DNA of 10,312 nt from positions 1 through 10,312 of the forward strand of contig JBFXGD010000127.1 in the NCBI GenBank assembly GCA_050178385.1. Direction: 5' to 3'. The notes below the pieces were generated by a model that saw only the letters and a program-made list of their open reading frames with translations, was not told where the DNA came from and made no database searches. Position 1 is the stretch's first letter. Each line of letters starts with the position of its first letter. The translations under genes were made by a program, and so were the position numbers. Below, in pieces: positions 5,684 to 10,312 of the stretch. The stretch is from Calditrichaceae bacterium (GTDB lineage: Bacteria > Calditrichota > Calditrichia > Calditrichales > JBFXGD01).

Positions 5684-7075
5684 ATGAACCGGATTTTCAA
5701 TATATCATTCAAAACAAGAATCATTCTAATATTCAGCCTGATTACGGTTTTGCTAGTCGGTTTAATGGCCAGGGTCAGCTATGTTTTTGTCCGTGAAATT
5801 TACCAGCGGCAGCTTGAAGAACAGGTATTATTGCTGAACAAGCTTACGGCGGATGACCTTGATCAAAAATATCTGGATTATATCGAACCCGGAACTGATA
5901 ATTTTGCCTACGAATTTTATAAAAATATACTGACGGAAAACGTTAAACGCATGCGGATCAGTAACGCGTTTTTATTTGACGGAAAAATGCGGATTCTGAT
6001 CAGTGTGAATCAGGAAATTTCCGATACAAGACTGCTTCTGAGCCGGAGTGAGATCAGCGAATTGACTTCGGGGGAGGGCGCTATATCCACCCCCTTCAAG
6101 TCACAGGACGGCCAATGGTATCTTTGGGGATTTTACCGGTTAAATGAGCATTATTATCTGGGGATTCAGGAAAGCGCCGCGCGTCTTGCAAAGCTGGATG
6201 ACTTATCCCTCATGTTTCTGATCATCGGTTTGGCCGGAATCGTCGTCGTTATCGGAGGTGCCTGGTTTGGCGCGGGCGCTATTGTCAGTCCAATTAATAA
6301 ACTGGCTAAATTCAGCTCGGACATCGGGAGCGGGCTTTTTAATACAAAAGTCCCGGAAAATATAACAGGTGAATTGATAATATTAAGAGACGCTCTGGTT
6401 AAAATGAAAGACGATCTGGCGCAGATGCAAACGGAAAAAGAGAACATTCTTGCTGAAATCGCCCACGAGATCAGAAACCCGCTCGGGGGGATAGAGCTTC
6501 TTACCGGTCTCGTCAGGGAAGAAACCGACGTATCGAGTAAAAATAACGTCTATCTGAATAAAATCCTTGAAGAAGTCCAGTCCCTGAAATCCCAGATCAC
6601 CGCGTATCTTGATTACAGCCGTCCCCTGATACCTGAGCCTCAGATGATAAATCCGGATCAGTTATGCAGTGAATTGAACGGGCTGTTTCTGAATCAAATG
6701 GCAGGTAAAAAAATAGGATTTGAATACCGGAACCATCTGGAGACCATCAGGTTTGATAAACAGCACCTCAGGCAGATACTGATCAATCTCGTGGCGAATA
6801 GTATTGAGGCGATCGGTCAGGAAGGGACAGTTCTCATAGAGTCTTACCAAAAAAATGATCATTCATATATTACGGTGAGCGACAACGGACATGGAATACA
6901 GGAAGCAGATTTGGTAAATCTGTTTAAACCGTTTTTTACGACAAGAAAAAAAGGCACCGGTCTTGGATTGTCGGTTTGTAAAAAACTTTGCCGTGAAAAC
7001 AATGCTGAAATTTCTGTTCTGAAGAGTGCCGGTAAAGGCTGCACATTTCAAATTTTAGTAAAAAATGAAATATAA
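5684..7075 (+). CDS. Membrane sensor histidine kinase (2 TM, periplasmic sensor, HAMP, HisKA, HATPase)
   Basis: TM1 IILIFSLITVLLVGLMA, TM2 LMFLIIGLAGIVVVIGGAWFGA, H-box AEIAHEIRNPLGGI, N-box NLVANS, G1 DNGHG, F-box LFKPFFTT, G2 GTGLGL. Confidence 0.97.
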   Translation: MNRIFNISFKTRIILIFSLITVLLVGLMARVSYVFVREIYQRQLEEQVLLLNKLTADDLDQKYLDYIEPGTDNFAYEFYKNILTENVKRMRISNAFLFDGKMRILISVNQEISDTRLLLSRSEISELTSGEGAISTPFKSQDGQWYLWGFYRLNEHYYLGIQESAARLAKLDDLSLMFLIIGLAGIVVVIGGAWFGAGAIVSPINKLAKFSSDIGSGLFNTKVPENITGELIILRDALVKMKDDLAQMQTEKENILAEIAHEIRNPLGGIELLTGLVREETDVSSKNNVYLNKILEEVQSLKSQITAYLDYSRPLIPEPQMINPDQLCSELNGLFLNQMAGKKIGFEYRNHLETIRFDKQHLRQILINLVANSIEAIGQEGTVLIESYQKNDHSYITVSDNGHGIQEADLVNLFKPFFTTRKKGTGLGLSVCKKLCRENNAEISVLKSAGKGCTFQILVKNEI

Positions 7076-8462
7076 AATATCGGATAAGATAATGGATACC
7101 GATCAGATTATTATCGTTGAGGATAACGACTCAATGAGAATGGGGATGGCGGAAAGTTTACGGCGTGAAGGGTATACCGTATTTGAGTTTACTGAGGGTT
7201 CTCACGCTTTGGAACATATGCAAACCAATCCGGTGTCACTGGTCATAAGCGATTTGAAGATGGAGCCCATGGACGGTCTCGCTGTATTGAAGAAAGTCAG
7301 GGAAAAACATCCCGACGCGGAGGTTTTAATCGTGTCGGCGTATGGAACTGTGAATGTAGCTGTCGATGCCATGCGCATGGGCGCCGTAGATTTTATGACT
7401 AAACCGTTTTCCAATGACGAGTTACGGATTCGGGTTAAAAACATCATGCAGAAAGTGGAAAAAGACCGCTTAATCAACAGGCTGCAGGATGTGAATGAGT
7501 ACCTTGCGGATGAAATTTCATCAGAATACGAACAAATGATCGGAAACTCGCCTCCCATGCTGGAAATTTTCAGATTGATTGATAAGATAGCCCGGGAGGA
7601 AAGTGTCGTATTGATTGAAGGTGAGAGCGGCACAGGAAAGGAATTGGTGGCGCGGGCGATACACAGGAAAAGTAAACGGGCTGATAAATCATTTGTCAGA
7701 GTAAATTGTGGAGCGTTGAACGATAATCTGCTCGAGAGTGAGTTGTTCGGACACGAAAAAGGCGCGTTCACCGGAGCGGTTCGCCGGAAAAAAGGTAGAT
7801 TTGAACTGGCGGATGGCGGGACGCTTTTTTTGGATGAGATTGGTGATATTTCTCCGAATATGCAGGTTAAATTACTGCGCGCGATTCAGGAGAAGGAATT
7901 TGAAAGGGTTGGCGGTGAAAAAACATTAAAAGTCAATGTCCGGATCATTGCCGCTACAAATAAAAATCTTCAGAAACTAATCGTGGACGATAAATTCAGA
8001 GAAGATCTTTTCTATCGTTTGAGTGTGATTCCGGTAAAGCTTCCCGCGCTAAGACAGCGTAAAAGTGATATCCCGCTCCTGGTCGAATTTTTCTTAGAAA
8101 AACAGGGTAAAAAGGGTGCGCAGAAGAAAACGTTTTCAACGCGTTCACTATCCTTGCTGCAGGATTATTCATGGCCGGGCAATATCCGCGAACTGGAAAA
8201 TCTGATCGAACGGCTCTGTGTGATTTCACCGGAATCTGGGATCGGAGCGGAGACAGTGGCGGCATACACTTCGGGTTTTAACGGTTCAGCTCTGAATCAG
8301 GATAATCTGCCTTTGGAAGAAGCGCTTTATTCATTTGAGAAGAATATGATTCTGCAAGCGATGAAAAAAGCGGATGGTGTAAAAAACCAGGCTGCAAAAC
8401 TCCTGGGAATTAAGACAAGTACGCTTTATTATAAACTTGAAAAATTTGGAATGATCGAATGA
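7065..8462 (+). CDS. Sigma54-dependent response regulator, NtrC/AtoC/ZraR family (REC, AAA+, Fis HTH)
   Basis: Receiver motifs IIVEDN, ISDLKM, SAYG, KPF; Walker A GESGTGKE; intact GAFTGA; Walker B FLDEI; DLFYRL; WPGNIREL; HTH AAKLLGIKTSTLYYKL. Alternative start ATG 7092. Confidence 0.98.
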   Translation: MKYKISDKIMDTDQIIIVEDNDSMRMGMAESLRREGYTVFEFTEGSHALEHMQTNPVSLVISDLKMEPMDGLAVLKKVREKHPDAEVLIVSAYGTVNVAVDAMRMGAVDFMTKPFSNDELRIRVKNIMQKVEKDRLINRLQDVNEYLADEISSEYEQMIGNSPPMLEIFRLIDKIAREESVVLIEGESGTGKELVARAIHRKSKRADKSFVRVNCGALNDNLLESELFGHEKGAFTGAVRRKKGRFELADGGTLFLDEIGDISPNMQVKLLRAIQEKEFERVGGEKTLKVNVRIIAATNKNLQKLIVDDKFREDLFYRLSVIPVKLPALRQRKSDIPLLVEFFLEKQGKKGAQKKTFSTRSLSLLQDYSWPGNIRELENLIERLCVISPESGIGAETVAAYTSGFNGSALNQDNLPLEEALYSFEKNMILQAMKKADGVKNQAAKLLGIKTSTLYYKLEKFGMIE

Positions 8463-9412
8463 GAGTAATAATTCTCGTCATATCACTTTTTTTCTCATCA
8501 CTGTCGGCGCAATTGTTATCCGAAACCGAACAGAAAATGATGGCTCTTGAGAAAAAAGAGCAGCTGCAGAATGTGAAAATTGATTCCTTAAAGAAGAATC
8601 TTGAAACCGCGCTATACAGGATAGATCAAAAAAAATCGGCAAAGGGCGCTGATTCCAAACAAATTGCCGCCATGATGGCCGACGCGTTTGATATCTCAAA
8701 AAAGATCGAAACGGAAGAAGCAGTTTTGAAAAGTATTGTAAATAATCTTCAAACGGTAAAAATAACCATCCATAAAATCTGTACTCAAAAGATAGATTCT
8801 TTGCAGAAAAACCTGAAGAAAACAAATAGTGATTTTGAAAAGAAAAAAATAGAGCAGGAGATTTTTAGGTTTGCCGAAAAAAGAATGCTGGCCTTGCCGG
8901 TTTTTAATGATCTAAAATTCGATCCACGGAAAATAAGAGACATTGACCTGAAAAATGCTTCCGAGGGAATTGAACAGTCCATATTCAAAGATTATCTTAC
9001 TCAGGCGCTGGCTGAAATCGATTCTCACCTGATTGATATCCGGAAAAGGCATGATGAAATCGATGAAATGAAGAGACTTGAGGCAAAGGCAGAGATTTTT
9101 CTGGCTGACGCGCAAGACAGCAGAATTTTTGATTTTTATGCTCAATCCCAGGATGATATATCAACCAGACCGGCTGAAACAACAGATTACCAAACCGACT
9201 ATAATAAAATCGGGCAGATAGACGCGTTCCGGACAATGATCCTGCAGCTTTATGAAGTCGGTCCTGAGATAGGGATCAGCTCTCATAACAAGTTTATATT
9301 TCCAGATGAAAAAACGCTGAGCAGGGATCAGTATCTTGAAGTAATGAACGCGACCCAAAAGTATCTTGAACTTTACCGGAAGCTGATATTGAAAAAATTG
9401 GAACGCCGATAG
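8459..9412 (+). CDS. Exported, predominantly alpha-helical/coiled-coil hypothetical protein
   Basis: ATGA overlap with the regulator stop codon; Sec signal MRVIILVISLFFSSLSA-Q; K/E/Q/L-rich helical segments. Confidence 0.8.
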   Translation: MRVIILVISLFFSSLSAQLLSETEQKMMALEKKEQLQNVKIDSLKKNLETALYRIDQKKSAKGADSKQIAAMMADAFDISKKIETEEAVLKSIVNNLQTVKITIHKICTQKIDSLQKNLKKTNSDFEKKKIEQEIFRFAEKRMLALPVFNDLKFDPRKIRDIDLKNASEGIEQSIFKDYLTQALAEIDSHLIDIRKRHDEIDEMKRLEAKAEIFLADAQDSRIFDFYAQSQDDISTRPAETTDYQTDYNKIGQIDAFRTMILQLYEVGPEIGISSHNKFIFPDEKTLSRDQYLEVMNATQKYLELYRKLILKKLERR

Positions 9413-9443
9413 TGACTGAGGCCGTCCTGAATGAGATTATCCG

Positions 9444-10312
9444 ATGAAAATTCAAATTATCCTCCTTCTGCTTTTCTTATCTGTCGCGTTTATGGAGGCG
9501 GCTGAAAAAATACAGTTTCAACTAGGAGCGGAAGCCGGGGGGTATCGCTCGGAGTACGTGGACGGTAAATTTGTGTCCAGAATTTTTGGTCGTTTTGATT
9601 ATGAGAATCAGTTCAGGAATAATTATGTGCGGTTAAAAGCGCGCGTATTTCCCGAAAGGTACGGTTTTGATAACAGTGTAAACGCGCTGAAATTTTCAGG
9701 AGATCTTACTTTTGGCAGATCTCATCAGGCATTTGACTGGCAGGTACGTCTCTACGATAAGCGCTATTTCTATTTCAGCGATGTTATTGAGGATATTTCT
9801 TTCGATGTGTTTCTTCTTGGCGGGCAGATTTCCAAATTCATAAGTCCGTTGACTATTTTAAGATTCGGAATTGACTACACCTACCGTGACTTGTCGGAAC
9901 AACCCAGGAATCGCCTGGACAGTTTTACGGGTACGCTGGCCCTGTCTCACCGAATTCAGCGGAACAGTATGATCAGTATTGAGATTTATACCGAAAACTA
10001 TGAAATACGATTCGAAAGCACCGGACCGGAACCTGCCCGAAATACGGGATGGAGAATAGGGCCCGGGTTCAGCTATCACCATAAATCCGTTTATTACTTT
10101 AATTTATCCTATCAGTTAATTCTTGAATCGTCTGAATTGTCCGAAGAATTTTCCCGTGAGCATCAGATAAAAATCTTGTGGGGTCGATTTTTGAGTAAAA
10201 AATGGTCTCTGTTCTTTTATGGAGATTACAGATATTATAGTGATAAAGGAAAAGATATACCCGCGGAACTCTCATATACTCCGGTAAATAACGAAAACTG
10301 GTATTATATCAA
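9444..10312 (+). CDS. Probable outer-membrane beta-barrel protein (3'-truncated, absent from the ORF track)
   Basis: Manual translation from ATG 9444 is open for 289 codons to the window end: signal MKIQIILLLLFLSVAFMEA, then amphipathic strands (IQFQLGAEAGGY, LRFGIDYTYRD, WRIGPGFSYHH, WSLFFYGDYRY). Confidence 0.85.
   Translation, partial: MKIQIILLLLFLSVAFMEAAEKIQFQLGAEAGGYRSEYVDGKFVSRIFGRFDYENQFRNNYVRLKARVFPERYGFDNSVNALKFSGDLTFGRSHQAFDWQVRLYDKRYFYFSDVIEDISFDVFLLGGQISKFISPLTILRFGIDYTYRDLSEQPRNRLDSFTGTLALSHRIQRNSMISIEIYTENYEIRFESTGPEPARNTGWRIGPGFSYHHKSVYYFNLSYQLILESSELSEEFSREHQIKILWGRFLSKKWSLFFYGDYRYYSDKGKDIPAELSYTPVNNENWYYI

Noticed and set aside
5684..8462. Naming the pair zraSR, atoSC or ntrBC
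   Set aside because: The motifs are family-wide, so orthology cannot be established from sequence inspection alone.
809..10082. Antisense and alternate-frame ORFs (e.g. 809-1405, 7202-7771, 8478-8825, 9858-10082)
   Set aside because: All lie within or across well-supported + strand genes and show no domain motifs.

Overview
Bacterial DNA, all genes on the + strand, with signal-peptide style suggesting an FCB-group diderm (inference). The window opens with the 3' end of an upstream CDS and a ~470-bp structured intergenic region containing two heptamer repeat tracts, two imperfect hairpins, a tandem palindromic enhancer-like site and a near-consensus sigma54 (-24/-12) promoter. A tightly packed operon-like cluster follows: a lipoprotein serpin with an inhibitory hinge (predicted P1-P1' Thr-Ser), a ~600-aa probable outer-membrane beta-barrel, four small lipoproteins (one emfourin-like, three with Cys-paired loop motifs), a membrane sensor histidine kinase, an NtrC-family sigma54 activator, a secreted helical protein and a second probable beta-barrel that runs off the window. 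The leading hypothesis is a self-regulated, sigma54-driven envelope protease-inhibitor locus. The serpin and two-component calls are firm. The small-protein family calls are from motif recall and need HMM or structure checks.
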